Shown piece after piece: positions 10,800 through 20,358 of a stretch of 64,000 nt of DNA; position 1 is the stretch's first letter, and each line of letters starts with the position of its first letter. The translations under genes and the position numbers were made by a program. The notes under the pieces were generated by a model, which was not told the origin of the DNA, did not search any database, and worked only from the letters and a program-made list of their open reading frames with translations. The DNA is from a virus: positions 1 to 64,000 of IMG/VR virus record IMGVR_UViG_3300035150_000164. One strand, written 5' to 3'.

Positions 10800-11000
10800 C
10801 TATCTCCTACGCCTAGGTACTGGTCTTTTTTGTTTCTGCCTAGCCTGAGCCTCTTTCTCCATCGTATATTTTTTATCTACAAATCTTCGCCTTCTTGAAT
10901 ATGGCATATTCATAACAGAGTCATAAGTCTGGCTTTGTCGCTCCATCAAAAAAAAGACCTCCTCCTCTAATGTTTCTTGGAGGCCGATGGGAAGAAAAAA
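10800..11000 (-). CDS. Tail assembly chaperone C-terminal extension (-1 frameshift product)
   Basis: -1 frame of the upstream gene, reached at T_TTT_TTC (10994-11000); LEEEVFFLME...VMNMPYSRRRRFV. Confidence 0.7.
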   Translation of the reverse strand, partial: FFLPIGLQETLEEEVFFLMERQSQTYDSVMNMPYSRRRRFVDKKYTMEKEAQARQKQKRPVPRRRR

Positions 11001-11842
11001 CCAGATTGCCCTACGTTCATCTCGCCTTCCCATTCATGCTGGCACTCATCACAGACATATTCAACTTTTGTATCTACAGAACCCTCTTCGGTTTCAAAAA
11101 TGTTCCTCAATGCAGATCTATCATTAATAGATAAATCTTTTAGTGCCAAAATAGCATTTTTGTACTTCTTACTACGATCTAATTTCACACCATTAATAGC
11201 ATCTACACGAGATAAAAGACCTAGTGTCAGTTGATCTCTCTTCTTTTTCGCCTGTGTCGTCAACCATTCCTCATCTTCTGTACGGATTACATGCCACTTA
11301 ACCTCTGTACCACTAGGTAGTGTATCAACTCTCTCCCTTGTCATTCTATCAGGCATCGGAATTATTTCAATTTCTGATAAATTCAGTGTCATATGCTGTT
11401 CTACATTACACTCAGGACACGTAACCTTGCAGTCATAATAATCACCTAGCGATATCCTCCTAATAGCAATTAAGATCGCCATTCTGTCACCTGCTGTAAG
11501 TTTATATGCAGCTTTTTTCAAAACACTCTTATCAGTTATACTACCAATACCCTCAAGACAATTCCCTATAACCATATTCAGTCTAGATACAATAGACCCC
11601 TTTCCTGCTAAAACATCCTCTTCATGCCCCCTCATCTCTCGAACAACAGACGTAGAATGCAACTCTCCCTCGTGTATATATCCAGCAGGAAGCTCAACAG
11701 CCAAACATCCCGGACCTACATCTAGAACATGCCCCTTCGTTCTATCTTGAATAATTTTCTCTTTCTTTCCAATAACTTCAACCGTTTCATGCTCTTCTTT
11801 CATCTTTTTCCTCATTAATTTCAGCAAGTTTTCGTTTTTCAC
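10967..11842 (-). CDS. Tail/baseplate hub assembly chaperone (T4 gp26-like, two CxxC)
   Basis: VREMRGHEED, LTAGDRMAILIAIRRISLG, CPEC, CDEC, terminal GFFFP; directly upstream of tape measure. Confidence 0.8.
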   Translation of the reverse strand: MKNENLLKLMRKKMKEEHETVEVIGKKEKIIQDRTKGHVLDVGPGCLAVELPAGYIHEGELHSTSVVREMRGHEEDVLAGKGSIVSRLNMVIGNCLEGIGSITDKSVLKKAAYKLTAGDRMAILIAIRRISLGDYYDCKVTCPECNVEQHMTLNLSEIEIIPMPDRMTRERVDTLPSGTEVKWHVIRTEDEEWLTTQAKKKRDQLTLGLLSRVDAINGVKLDRSKKYKNAILALKDLSINDRSALRNIFETEEGSVDTKVEYVCDECQHEWEGEMNVGQSGFFFPSASKKH

Positions 11843-11969
11843 GAACCCTCCGCTCAGAAAATTCCAAAATCAACATTCGTACCACGTCGCTCACACTTCT
11901 ACCATCCTCATCACATTGATCTTGAAAACGCTTATAAATTCCACTACGTATCTCTACGTTTAGTCTCAT
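11787..11969 (-). CDS. Ribbon-helix-helix DNA-binding protein
   Basis: MRLNVEI...YKRFQDQCDEDGRSVSDVVRMLI fits CopG/Arc pattern. Confidence 0.7.
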   Translation of the reverse strand: MRLNVEIRSGIYKRFQDQCDEDGRSVSDVVRMLILEFSERRVREKRKLAEINEEKDERRA

Positions 11970-12032
11970 GAGTAAATATTACTAGATACTTACTCAATTA
12001 GCTATTTTTTTCTATCTCATGTAATTTTTTTG

Positions 12033-12099
12033 TTGACAAACCTGTTTTTTAGCCATATCCTATATATAGATAGCCAACAAGATGTTGGCAAAAAAGGAG
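12033..12099 (+). promoter_or_regulatory. Sigma70-type promoter + leader hairpin + RBS (copy 1)
   Basis: TTGACA(12033)-17 nt-TATCCT; GCCAACA-AGA-TGTTGGC; AGGAG. Confidence 0.75.
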
Positions 12100-12106
12100 A
12101 AAAATC

Positions 12107-12334
12107 ATGATAGGCAGAACCAAAACGGTAACATGGGGAGAAGGTGGATGGAGAGCCGAAGTTATTGAAGATGATGACAACGGCAGTGGATTAGGAGACC
12201 ATACCAAAATCGGTTTTTGGTATGGAACAAGAGAAGAATGTAAAAAAATTGATCCATACAAAGTAAAGTTATACAAACCATTTTACAATGATACAGATCC
12301 TTTTGATCTGGCATGTGAAAGGAGATTTGACTAG
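12107..12334 (+). CDS. Hypothetical early protein
   Basis: Own promoter and AGGAG RBS. Confidence 0.7.
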   Translation: MIGRTKTVTWGEGGWRAEVIEDDDNGSGLGDHTKIGFWYGTREECKKIDPYKVKLYKPFYNDTDPFDLACERRFD

Positions 12335-12376
12335 AACGGACAATCTCTTCCTACCTATTTTTTCACCACTTTTTTG

Positions 12377-12443
12377 TTGACAAACCACTTTTTGAGTTAT
12401 ATTATCTATATATAAATACTCAACAAGATGTTGAGAAAAGGAG
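12377..12443 (+). promoter_or_regulatory. Sigma70-type promoter + leader hairpin + RBS (copy 2)
   Basis: TTGACA(12377)-17 nt-TATTAT; CTCAACA-AGA-TGTTGAG; AGGAG. Confidence 0.75.
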
Positions 12444-12450
12444 AAATATA

Positions 12451-12873
12451 ATGACAAGAGAAGAAGTGATTACCATTGTATCAATGGCAAGAGAAGAAAA
12501 CAAACAACCTAATCTAAGCGGAACGGACCTGCGTGGGGTTAACCTGCGTGGGGCTAACCTTAGTGGAGCTAACATGCGTGGGACTGACCTGCGTGGGGTT
12601 AACCTGCGTTGGGCTAACCTGAGTTGGGCTGACCTGAATGGAGCTAACCTGCGTGGGGCTGACCTGCATGGAGCTAATTTAGATTTTTCTTGTCTTCCTC
12701 TCTGGTGTGGAGGACAAAATGCTAAAATTGATCAAAAACTAGCAAAACAATTCCTCGCTCATGCCCTATCATTCGTCATCGACGAAGATGATGAATACAA
12801 TAGACTCAAAAAAGAAGCAAAAACATATTGCTCAGAATCACATATAGCCAATCATTTGGATTGGCTCAAATAA
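12451..12873 (+). CDS. Pentapeptide repeat protein
   Basis: Tandem (A/V/T)(N/D)L(R/S)G repeats followed by [11 protein letters not shown]. Confidence 0.9.
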   Translation: MTREEVITIVSMAREENKQPNLSGTDLRGVNLRGANLSGANMRGTDLRGVNLRWANLSWADLNGANLRGADLHGANLDFSCLPLWCGGQNAKIDQKLAKQFLAHALSFVIDEDDEYNRLKKEAKTYCSESHIANHLDWLK

Positions 12874-12895
12874 AATATGTAAAAGGAGAAACAAA

Positions 12896-13102
12896 ATGAA
12901 GCCAATGTTTATACTAAAGCATGGAAATAAGTACGTCGCAATAGACCATTCAAGTGGTGGTTACCCATATTTAGTCGATAGGTTTGATATGGCTTTCATT
13001 TGGATTGATATTAACTCTTTAAGAGCGTATCAAAAAATGTTTCCCAAATATGTTGCATATCAAATAGAAGTAAAAGAAAAACCAATAAAGGATACAAAAT
13101 AA
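12896..13102 (+). CDS. Hypothetical protein
   Basis: AGGAG RBS, co-oriented in the island. Confidence 0.65.
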   Translation: MKPMFILKHGNKYVAIDHSSGGYPYLVDRFDMAFIWIDINSLRAYQKMFPKYVAYQIEVKEKPIKDTK

Positions 13103-13229
13103 AATTGAAACAAAAACTTCAATTCAGATGTGAATACGATGGAAGTCAATGAATGCTATCTCAACGGACTAGCCATTTTCCATATGCTTAACAAGGATGG
13201 TATCAAATACCAGCAGGAAGGATCTAACA

Positions 13230-13412
13230 ATGAATAATCAACTAAAAAACAAAAACCCATGGGAAAAAATATACGAAGACCAAGAATCGTCAACAAAAAA
13301 GATGAAAGTAAAAGACGGGTGGATCGTTAAATATGAAACATGGAATTTAGAAGGGAATATTTCATCAAGTCTCGTATTCGTACGAGATATAGAACATCTT
13401 TGGAATCCATAA
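13230..13412 (+). CDS. Hypothetical protein
   Basis: ATG at 13230 after AAGGA; MKVKDGWIV motif common in phage small proteins. Confidence 0.55.
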   Translation: MNNQLKNKNPWEKIYEDQESSTKKMKVKDGWIVKYETWNLEGNISSSLVFVRDIEHLWNP

Positions 13413-13422
13413 AATAAACCGG

Positions 13423-14130
13423 CTAGCCAAGATCAGACATAATTCCTTGCCATAATTGATAAAGCCTCTTTTCAAATTTCTTCTTATTTTTAGTGTTCAG
13501 ATTCTTCAAGAAATCCTGATTCCATACTTTCATCCTAAGCATATTCTCCTTGAATTCCTTAAAACTACCGTCGCCAAATACCTTCTTCCACCTGTCAGCA
13601 GCATGCAACATCGGATTATTTGCCATCCCCTCGACAGAACTCGCACCCTCCTGCCAAAACGCATTCCACTCTGATGGATGATTATAATAAGCACTAGCCA
13701 TCGTCGGATCAACGTCCTTTCCCTTGCCTCGTCCTGGATCAAAGTAATGGATCATCTCATGAACTATAAGACTTTTATGCGTCCTAGTATCTATTCCTGT
13801 TGTGTCCCAAGCACCCCTCAGAACTGGTAAAACCAACACGTCCTTACCCGAGGATCTATGAGTACCCAATCCGCCTGTAATACCTTTTCCTTTTGCACCA
13901 ACAGGTAAATACATTACAAATAGATTGTCAGCACCTTCTCCTGACCAAAATTTTCCGGCCTCTATAACAAATCCTCCACCACTAATCCTCTTCAACTTGT
14001 CAACGTTTTTAGATACATACGAAACAAGCGCAGAATGAAATTTCATGGCATTTTCCCTAGCATCCCTATCCCTAGAAAATGTAGCTTCAGACAAACCCTC
14101 TAATCTACATATTAATGCTCTCATTGTCAT
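13423..14130 (-). CDS. Zincin-like (HExxH) metallopeptidase, possibly virion-internal
   Basis: LIVHEMIHY and downstream YYNHPSEWNAF (third-ligand Glu). Confidence 0.65.
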   Translation of the reverse strand: MTMRALICRLEGLSEATFSRDRDARENAMKFHSALVSYVSKNVDKLKRISGGGFVIEAGKFWSGEGADNLFVMYLPVGAKGKGITGGLGTHRSSGKDVLVLPVLRGAWDTTGIDTRTHKSLIVHEMIHYFDPGRGKGKDVDPTMASAYYNHPSEWNAFWQEGASSVEGMANNPMLHAADRWKKVFGDGSFKEFKENMLRMKVWNQDFLKNLNTKNKKKFEKRLYQLWQGIMSDLG

Positions 14131-14295
14131 GATCCGTATCTAATACCCATGACATCGCTGATAATACTATTCATGGTTACAGTCGTCTGAGTAGTTTGAG
14201 TAGTAGGTCTCCACACTCTGCAGCTCGGTCAAGTTCCCGTTGTAGGTCTCAGTTAGATACCGGCATGTAAATGGTCAATCCTGCACACAATCATC

Positions 14296-14841
14296 TTAGA
14301 TGCAATCATCCGGCTCTATGTTGTCACAGTAGTCTTCCATTGCATCCTCCCAACCAGGTCCCCAGTTACTGACATCTACTTCGATATCCTCCGGATCAAC
14401 AGACGAGTCAGCGGCAAATGGATACCAATAGCTACTATAATACAGATAGGATGTCATGTCATAAGGCTGATTTACGGAACCGGTCTGTATAAACGCAACG
14501 AAATCATCTCCAGTAGGGTCTCCATCGTCACGAGCCAGTGCCTTCCCCTTGGATCCATTCATCCTGCAAATCTCAGGATACCCCCAGAGATTACACTCAA
14601 TTACGGCAAGTTTATTGACACCAACATCAATAGCAAAAAATGGCTTTGCGTACTTAGTTCCACCATCATCTTCACCACTCTGAACTACCTCACCACCGAG
14701 AACAGCATCAATTAGCGCATCCTGTTCATCGCTAGTATTTGAATCGCAGGAAGAAAACGACACTAAGAGGAGAACTAATAAAATTCCCCATACAGATCCC
14801 ATTATGGACATTACCTTGTTTGCAAAATAAAAGTTTTTCAT
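14296..14841 (-). CDS. Putative lipoprotein (paralog A)
   Basis: Hydrophobic signal ending FSSC; shares a core motif with 14895..15518. Confidence 0.6.
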   Translation of the reverse strand: MKNFYFANKVMSIMGSVWGILLVLLLVSFSSCDSNTSDEQDALIDAVLGGEVVQSGEDDGGTKYAKPFFAIDVGVNKLAVIECNLWGYPEICRMNGSKGKALARDDGDPTGDDFVAFIQTGSVNQPYDMTSYLYYSSYWYPFAADSSVDPEDIEVDVSNWGPGWEDAMEDYCDNIEPDDCI

Positions 14842-14894
14842 TTTTCACCACCTTTAGGTTAATGGACCTTTGTCCACCAGTTCAGATACATTTA

Positions 14895-15518
14895 TCAAAC
14901 TCCCCCGTCCGCTCCGCCCTCGTCCTGGTGGCATAAATGCGGGTTCTTTTCCTGGCACCACCCAAGACGCTTGCCATGGTAAGACGGATGCCCCGCCCAT
15001 CGGTCAATCTGATTTTGTATTCTATTCCGCAACTGATTTCGGTCCGACGAAACATCATCTACAGGTGAGTACGGACCTTCTAAGCAATAGGTTACTCCTC
15101 CTATATCGCCAGGCCATGCATCGCTTTCATCTTCCCAGTATATCGTAAAATCGTCGTCTACTACTCTGACGATTGCGCGGCCCTTTGTCCCGTCAAGGCG
15201 AGTGCATTCCGGAACACCGAAGCACCCAGTTGTAAGGGGATTCTTTATTTGAACAATCCCCTTATCTGCCTGCACCCTTTCCGCGAGGGTGGCGTTATAG
15301 TCCATGACCCCAGTATAATGAAATGTCCCGGTATACCGACCAGCGACGATCCCATTGTCAACTATCACCTCTTTTTCAACAACAGTAACGACCCGCTGGT
15401 CTAATATCGCGTTCCGAATCCAGCTGTCATCGCACTCTTTCTCTGGCTCGCACGCCAGAACCAATAATGACAGCAGCATCATCATGAACAACCCGAGTGC
15501 CTGTGAAATTTTCAACAT
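14895..15518 (-). CDS. Putative lipoprotein (paralog B)
   Basis: Signal peptide with lipobox-like VLAC. Confidence 0.65.
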   Translation of the reverse strand: MLKISQALGLFMMMLLSLLVLACEPEKECDDSWIRNAILDQRVVTVVEKEVIVDNGIVAGRYTGTFHYTGVMDYNATLAERVQADKGIVQIKNPLTTGCFGVPECTRLDGTKGRAIVRVVDDDFTIYWEDESDAWPGDIGGVTYCLEGPYSPVDDVSSDRNQLRNRIQNQIDRWAGHPSYHGKRLGWCQEKNPHLCHQDEGGADGGV

Positions 15519-15855
15519 TCTTTCTTCCTTTCAATTTCTGGTGGGTTGGCGTTTTTGCCTCCACCGTTGTTTTAACAGCCGTGATAGAATCTCCAGCGTA
15601 GATATCTCGCTCGTGGTTCGGAGAGATGTAGGTTACCGTACACGGCCCTGTTGGTGTCCCGGCACCATCTCCATTGAGACGCTCAATCGGCTCTCCATCG
15701 GCGCCAATTCCGTCGACGCATTCTACTAGTAGACCTGTCGCCTTGTCCACCTCTGACCATTTCATGACAACGTACCGCCCGAGTTGGTGACCAACAATCA
15801 CCGTAACCCCGGCCGTCCTTGCTTCGTCATGCATTTTTTTGTTTTTGTGTACCAT
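15427..15855 (-). CDS. Hypothetical protein
   Basis: ORF fills the gap in a co-oriented cluster; overlaps the next gene. Confidence 0.45.
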   Translation of the reverse strand: MVHKNKKMHDEARTAGVTVIVGHQLGRYVVMKWSEVDKATGLLVECVDGIGADGEPIERLNGDGAGTPTGPCTVTYISPNHERDIYAGDSITAVKTTVEAKTPTHQKLKGRKNVENFTGTRVVHDDAAVIIGSGVRARERVR

Positions 15856-15868
15856 GTCTATGTGCCAT

Positions 15869-16708
15869 CTACTCGTTTATCTGTAGGGTGTTCAATCCGA
15901 CCGTTACGAACCACGCAACAGCGGCGTCAGATGCCGACGAGCGTGCCGGGTTCGTACCATCGAGGTATGTCGTGGTGTTTCGCCACTCCGCGTACCCAAC
16001 AGACAAATCAATCATCACCTGATCTACTTCACCGGAAGTGGTTAATGCAGAGTCCAATTTATACCGACCGGTTGTTTTAGTAGCCCAAGTGTAACCAGAA
16101 TAACTAATTGGGTTAGAAGTAAGTATCAATAAACGATTAAGGGAAGTATTGCCGACTATAGGAGAAATATCTGATATATTATTACCAGAAATATACAAAT
16201 AAGGCATTGGGTGCCCACTAACAGGTGTTAAATCTACAATATTGTTATTGTATAAATAGCATTCGGTAATCGTCAACGTACTTGCTAATGATTGTATATT
16301 TACAATGTCGTTATTGGAAAATTCTAAAATACTTACTGATGTTTTTGATAAATCAAACGAAGTTATGTTATTTCCATAGTAAGCTAACGCCCATTCTATA
16401 TCTAATAAATCACCTGTTATAGTTATAGTCTTTTCAACACCAGATGAATATGTATGATTCGCTGGAACATTAGTACTGGACCCCAGAAGAGTAATTTCAC
16501 TTGGCGCGCCCCCATCCCCCCAATCAAACGTCAGCTTGGCTTGATCTGTACCACGCCAGTTCGAAGTAAACGTCCCATCCTTGGTAGTCGTGATCGTCGC
16601 GGTAGGAACAGTAACTCCACCTATAAGAATGCCATCAGCATAAACCCTATTACCAGGACTACCTGTCCCACTAATTAGTATACCATCGGCATAAATACGG
16701 TTACTCAT
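15869..16708 (-). CDS. PKD-like + leucine-rich-repeat (internalin-like) protein
   Basis: FDWGDG...HTYS...ITITG then LEFSNNDI, LYNNNIVDLTPV, ISGNNISDISPI repeats. Confidence 0.75.
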   Translation of the reverse strand: MSNRIYADGILISGTGSPGNRVYADGILIGGVTVPTATITTTKDGTFTSNWRGTDQAKLTFDWGDGGAPSEITLLGSSTNVPANHTYSSGVEKTITITGDLLDIEWALAYYGNNITSFDLSKTSVSILEFSNNDIVNIQSLASTLTITECYLYNNNIVDLTPVSGHPMPYLYISGNNISDISPIVGNTSLNRLLILTSNPISYSGYTWATKTTGRYKLDSALTTSGEVDQVMIDLSVGYAEWRNTTTYLDGTNPARSSASDAAVAWFVTVGLNTLQINE

Positions 16709-17267
16709 ACACTACGTTACTTCCTACCAAAAGATCTTCATCATCCGTATTTGCAAATTCTATCTCTAAAACTTCATCGCTAAACAACTCACAACTGTCC
16801 ATTACAAACAAAAACTGTGTAGCCGTAACCTCAGAAGGATCTACTGCCTGCAAAAACCTGTTCTCAGCATCCAATATCAAATACCTATCTCCAGTATCCC
16901 AGTCGTCATCAGTTCCCCCTCCAAGAGATGCAGTAACTGTATCAGCAGTATTATCAGTTATTGTTCCTGCGCTTCCATCTGTAACATTGTAAACTCTTTT
17001 ACCTATTAGCGCATCAACAACCCAAGCCTTATTAGAATCAGTCAAAACAGCAGCTCCATTAGCCCCAGTATGTCCGCCACCTTCCGCTCTTTTTGTCTGA
17101 ATATTAATGTTTTCACTCGTTGTAATCGCTCCAGATAAATTCAAAAATACGCTCTTTATGCTTTTCGAAAAAAGATGGCTACCAACACCAAACTCGTTTA
17201 TTGCAAAAATATCTGCAACTCTCAAAATAGGTATCGCAGATAATCCTTCAAAATCATATCTATTCAT
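16701..17267 (-). CDS. Virion structural/accessory protein with inserted beta domain
   Basis: LTDS...LIGKRVYNVTDGS...ITDNT...WDTGDRY module also present in the sheath. Confidence 0.55.
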   Translation of the reverse strand: MNRYDFEGLSAIPILRVADIFAINEFGVGSHLFSKSIKSVFLNLSGAITTSENINIQTKRAEGGGHTGANGAAVLTDSNKAWVVDALIGKRVYNVTDGSAGTITDNTADTVTASLGGGTDDDWDTGDRYLILDAENRFLQAVDPSEVTATQFLFVMDSCELFSDEVLEIEFANTDDEDLLVGSNVVYE

Positions 17268-17305
17268 ACACTCACCATCCTCTCATTCTATAAAACAAAT
17301 AGATG

Positions 17306-17836
17306 CTATTTAGCCATAGATCTAACATCTGCCTTAGCAGTAGATGCACCAGCCACTCTCTGTCCTTTTCCTGACAACCAAAGTTTTACAACTGGTATCA
17401 CCTGTTCCATCAAGCCCGTCAAATCACCCTCTGACACCCCAAAACGCTTTAGCATAGCACCTACCCTTGGATTGTATAACATAGCTTCTATAAGCCTGTC
17501 TATAGCACCTTGTGATATACTCTCATCAAGTCCTTCTGACTTCTCAGATCTAACTTGTCTCTTATAATCCCCACCAGCACCCAAGACGTTCAACATTGAC
17601 ATCAAAAAATTCATAGGATTTCTCTTCATCTCATCTGTCAATGCATCAAATATCTTTTGCTCTCTACTTGCTACATCTCTACCTGATCCTTTTTGGGCAA
17701 GAGATCTAAGTTCCTTCACTGAACTTTCTATATGTCTTTGAAGTTTTCTATCTCCAAACTCTTTAGTCCTGTAACCTATCCCTCTTTTCTCCGTCAAATT
17801 CTCAATGCTCTCTATTAATCTTTTCATGTCTGTCAT
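17306..17836 (-). CDS. Putative capsid-internal protein
   Basis: N-terminal MKRLIESIENLTE; LxE sites. Confidence 0.5.
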   Translation of the reverse strand: MTDMKRLIESIENLTEKRGIGYRTKEFGDRKLQRHIESSVKELRSLAQKGSGRDVASREQKIFDALTDEMKRNPMNFLMSMLNVLGAGGDYKRQVRSEKSEGLDESISQGAIDRLIEAMLYNPRVGAMLKRFGVSEGDLTGLMEQVIPVVKLWLSGKGQRVAGASTAKADVRSMAK

Positions 17837-17845
17837 AACATCACC

Positions 17846-18364
17846 CTAAAACGCCTTGTTGAACAATATGTAATCGAATTTTGATAAATCACGCTGTGCT
17901 ATAGAATCAATATCTTTTGATAAATCCATCCTGTATTTCTCTAGATTTGAATTCAACGAACCATCAAGTTTCTGAAGTTCTCCAATTATTTCAAATTGCC
18001 TCTCTAGTTTTTTAGACCCAAGCATCTTTGCAGCCAACTGTAAAGCACCTGTATAATCATTATATTTAACCTTCTTCGCTATACGCTCCATTATAGATGG
18101 ATCTAAACTACTAGAAGACTCATCAATTTTTTCATCATCTTCTTTGTCATCCTCTGGAATATCCTCTCCCTCTATAATCATATTCAATTTGTTTATCAAA
18201 GAAATCCCACTAATAGTTTCGTCATCTTCTGTAGATACTTCCTCTACCTTAGAGGACGAAATCAAATTCGCATCGTCTTCCCCTACAACAGAAACATCAA
18301 CTTCATCATCATTATTTCCATAAATAATACGACGTATATCTTCTGCTAATCTTCGAATACTCAT
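17846..18364 (-). CDS. Putative capsid-internal protein
   Basis: MSIRRLAE N-terminus, acidic linker, IDE site. Confidence 0.5.
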   Translation of the reverse strand: MSIRRLAEDIRRIIYGNNDDEVDVSVVGEDDANLISSSKVEEVSTEDDETISGISLINKLNMIIEGEDIPEDDKEDDEKIDESSSSLDPSIMERIAKKVKYNDYTGALQLAAKMLGSKKLERQFEIIGELQKLDGSLNSNLEKYRMDLSKDIDSIAQRDLSKFDYILFNKAF

Positions 18365-18373
18365 TGTCTCCTC

Positions 18374-18673
18374 CTAAAAATTAAACGGCGGTATCGGTCC
18401 ACTTCCGTCATCTGGAAAAAATATATGTCGCCCTTTTATCGTACGCCATACACCTATCTTACCATTTACCTTGTACTTTTTCTCTTTTTTTTCTTCTAAC
18501 AGAACAGTATCTCCAATAGATATAAGTTCAAATACACATTTTCTTTTTTTCTTCTTTTTCTTTCCAATTATAAAATCATCTAGATTATATACACATCCTG
18601 GAATCGGCTGTCTCCTCAAAGGTTTCCCAATAGGTCTAGGTATTGTTGCTATATTTAAAGATGTTGTCGTCAT
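18374..18673 (-). CDS. Hypothetical basic protein
   Basis: GVWRTIKGRHIF motif, poly-Lys. Confidence 0.55.
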   Translation of the reverse strand: MTTTSLNIATIPRPIGKPLRRQPIPGCVYNLDDFIIGKKKKKKRKCVFELISIGDTVLLEEKKEKKYKVNGKIGVWRTIKGRHIFFPDDGSGPIPPFNF

Positions 18674-18699
18674 ATCTTACCCATCATATCATCAATAAA

Positions 18700-19020
18700 T
18701 TACTCTTCCCTCTCCATCATCCTATCTCTTGCCCTGTCTATATAACTCGCAACAGACTTCCTTCCAGAATTGTACATAGCAGTAGAAAGATCTCGCATAA
18801 TCTCACCAAAAGCTTTATACCCACCATCTGTATCAACAACCCTAAATGCCTTCTCTGCATCTGTAACATGCTGTCTCATAGCAATAACAGCATTCAACAT
18901 AGTATTCTGTAACTTTGAATCTGATATCTCATCTGTTTTTGACTCTGATAATTCTAACCTGTTATTATCAATAAAACTCTTTAACTCTTCTGATAAAATT
19001 CCCATGCTATCCCTCAACAA
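18700..19020 (-). CDS. Hypothetical (putative capsid-internal) protein
   Basis: ORF in tightly packed cluster; LSE sites. Confidence 0.5.
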   Translation of the reverse strand: MLRDSMGILSEELKSFIDNNRLELSESKTDEISDSKLQNTMLNAVIAMRQHVTDAEKAFRVVDTDGGYKAFGEIMRDLSTAMYNSGRKSVASYIDRARDRMMEREE

Positions 19021-19207
19021 GTAAATTACTAGGCTTACCGTTAAACGTCTCTGCGTTCAATACTTTCGTAGGTCCACTCCAACTCTCACCCTCTCCAAGC
19101 TTTTTATATACCCTACCACATACAGGACACAAAAACTCAACAACTTGTTTACAATCTTCAATACCCTCAGCCTTTAAAGCCATATCAGCTCTGCATTTAC
19201 AAATCAT
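19007..19207 (-). CDS. Small Cys-rich protein
   Basis: CKC...CPVC; ATGA overlap with upstream gene. Confidence 0.55.
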   Translation of the reverse strand: MICKCRADMALKAEGIEDCKQVVEFLCPVCGRVYKKLGEGESWSGPTKVLNAETFNGKPSNLLVEG

Positions 19208-19542
19208 ATTTCCTCTATCCTCGGTCTCAAAACCACCTTAGCCCCCCTTTTGGACTCTACCAATGAAACGAACTCAAGTTCGTTATGCTCCATAAATCTT
19301 TTCTCTACGTGATGCCCTACACTCATCGCATGACGTCCCTCCAGCAACATTACCAGCACTGTCCTTCCCCTGATAGATCTAACCTCAAACAAACACTTCG
19401 AAATCTCTCTTCCCTTTGTCGCTCGCTCACCCATCACCTTTAAAGCCCTAAACACAGATCTCTCTAATGGTGTAAGTATACGCTCTCTATTCTGAGGCGT
19501 ATCAGGAATGAATTTCTTTAATCTCTCTGATAATCTTTTCAT
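19204..19542 (-). CDS. Hypothetical protein
   Basis: ORF in packed cluster. Confidence 0.55.
   Translation of the reverse strand: MKRLSERLKKFIPDTPQNRERILTPLERSVFRALKVMGERATKGREISKCLFEVRSIRGRTVLVMLLEGRHAMSVGHHVEKRFMEHNELEFVSLVESKRGAKVVLRPRIEEI
19269..19282. repeat. Dispersed palindrome
   Basis: CGAACTCAAGTTCG, inside CDS. Confidence 0.85.
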
Positions 19543-19551
19543 TCTGTAATC

Positions 19552-20358
19552 CTAAACCAATCTTCCTCCCTTGCTCAAGTTCTCGTGCCACCATAGCGGC
19601 TGCAAATTGCTAGCATGAAAAGCCATCCTTTGCTCCTCAAGATTAGAAAGATCAAAATAACTAATCGGCTTAATATGATCAATGTGCCACCCGAATGTCC
19701 CATAGTTCTCCCATGTCATCTCTTCTCCGGTTTCAGGATCGGGATAAAACTGCTGCTCTAGAAACCATTTTACCACTTTAACAGAGCACCCAATCAATTC
19801 AATTGCAGATCTGCTCTTCTTATAACGCCCCCTGACTGCATCTTTAACTCTACACCGCAGGTTCTCCACCAACTTATACATGGGATCCTCGCGTCTTTTT
19901 CGCCTTGTATAATCCCGCAAATATGCATTACGCTTACGCCTAAATCCTGGATCCGACTGATATATGGCCACTTTCTTTTTTATTTCTTCCCTGTTTTTAA
20001 GATAATATCTCCGCTTCCTCTCTAACAAGGTATCCCTGTTTTTGATCCAGTATTCCCGCGCATTCTCCGTCAATCTTTCGCGATTGTCTCTCCTGTATAC
20101 TAGATCGTATTTTCGTTTTACTGCCTTTGCCCTTTCACTAACAACGCGCTCTCCTCTGGCAATCTCGCCACGTACACGACGGTCATATTTTCTCTGCGCC
20201 TCGAGCACTTTATCTCTGTTTTCGTCTCTATATTTCGAATCGTATTTGGATACGCATTTTTTACATCGTGCTGCCACACCACCTATACAATCGCGATGCC
20301 TCCTGAACTCAGAATACGGTTTCACTACACCGCATATGTTGCACCGTTTCTCAGGCAT
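19552..20358 (-). CDS. Free-standing HNH homing endonuclease
   Basis: N-terminal CNIC...CKKC, basic helical linker, WHIDHIKP...HASNLQPLWWHENLSKG. Likely start MPEKRC overlaps the endolysin stop. Confidence 0.85.
   Translation of the reverse strand: MPEKRCNICGVVKPYSEFRRHRDCIGGVAARCKKCVSKYDSKYRDENRDKVLEAQRKYDRRVRGEIARGERVVSERAKAVKRKYDLVYRRDNRERLTENAREYWIKNRDTLLERKRRYYLKNREEIKKKVAIYQSDPGFRRKRNAYLRDYTRRKRREDPMYKLVENLRCRVKDAVRGRYKKSRSAIELIGCSVKVVKWFLEQQFYPDPETGEEMTWENYGTFGWHIDHIKPISYFDLSNLEEQRMAFHASNLQPLWWHENLSKGGRLV

Noticed and set aside
12451-12873. Diversity-generating retroelement target/template in the pentapeptide or RS repeats
   Set aside because: No reverse transcriptase in the window and no repeat pair with adenine-specific differences.
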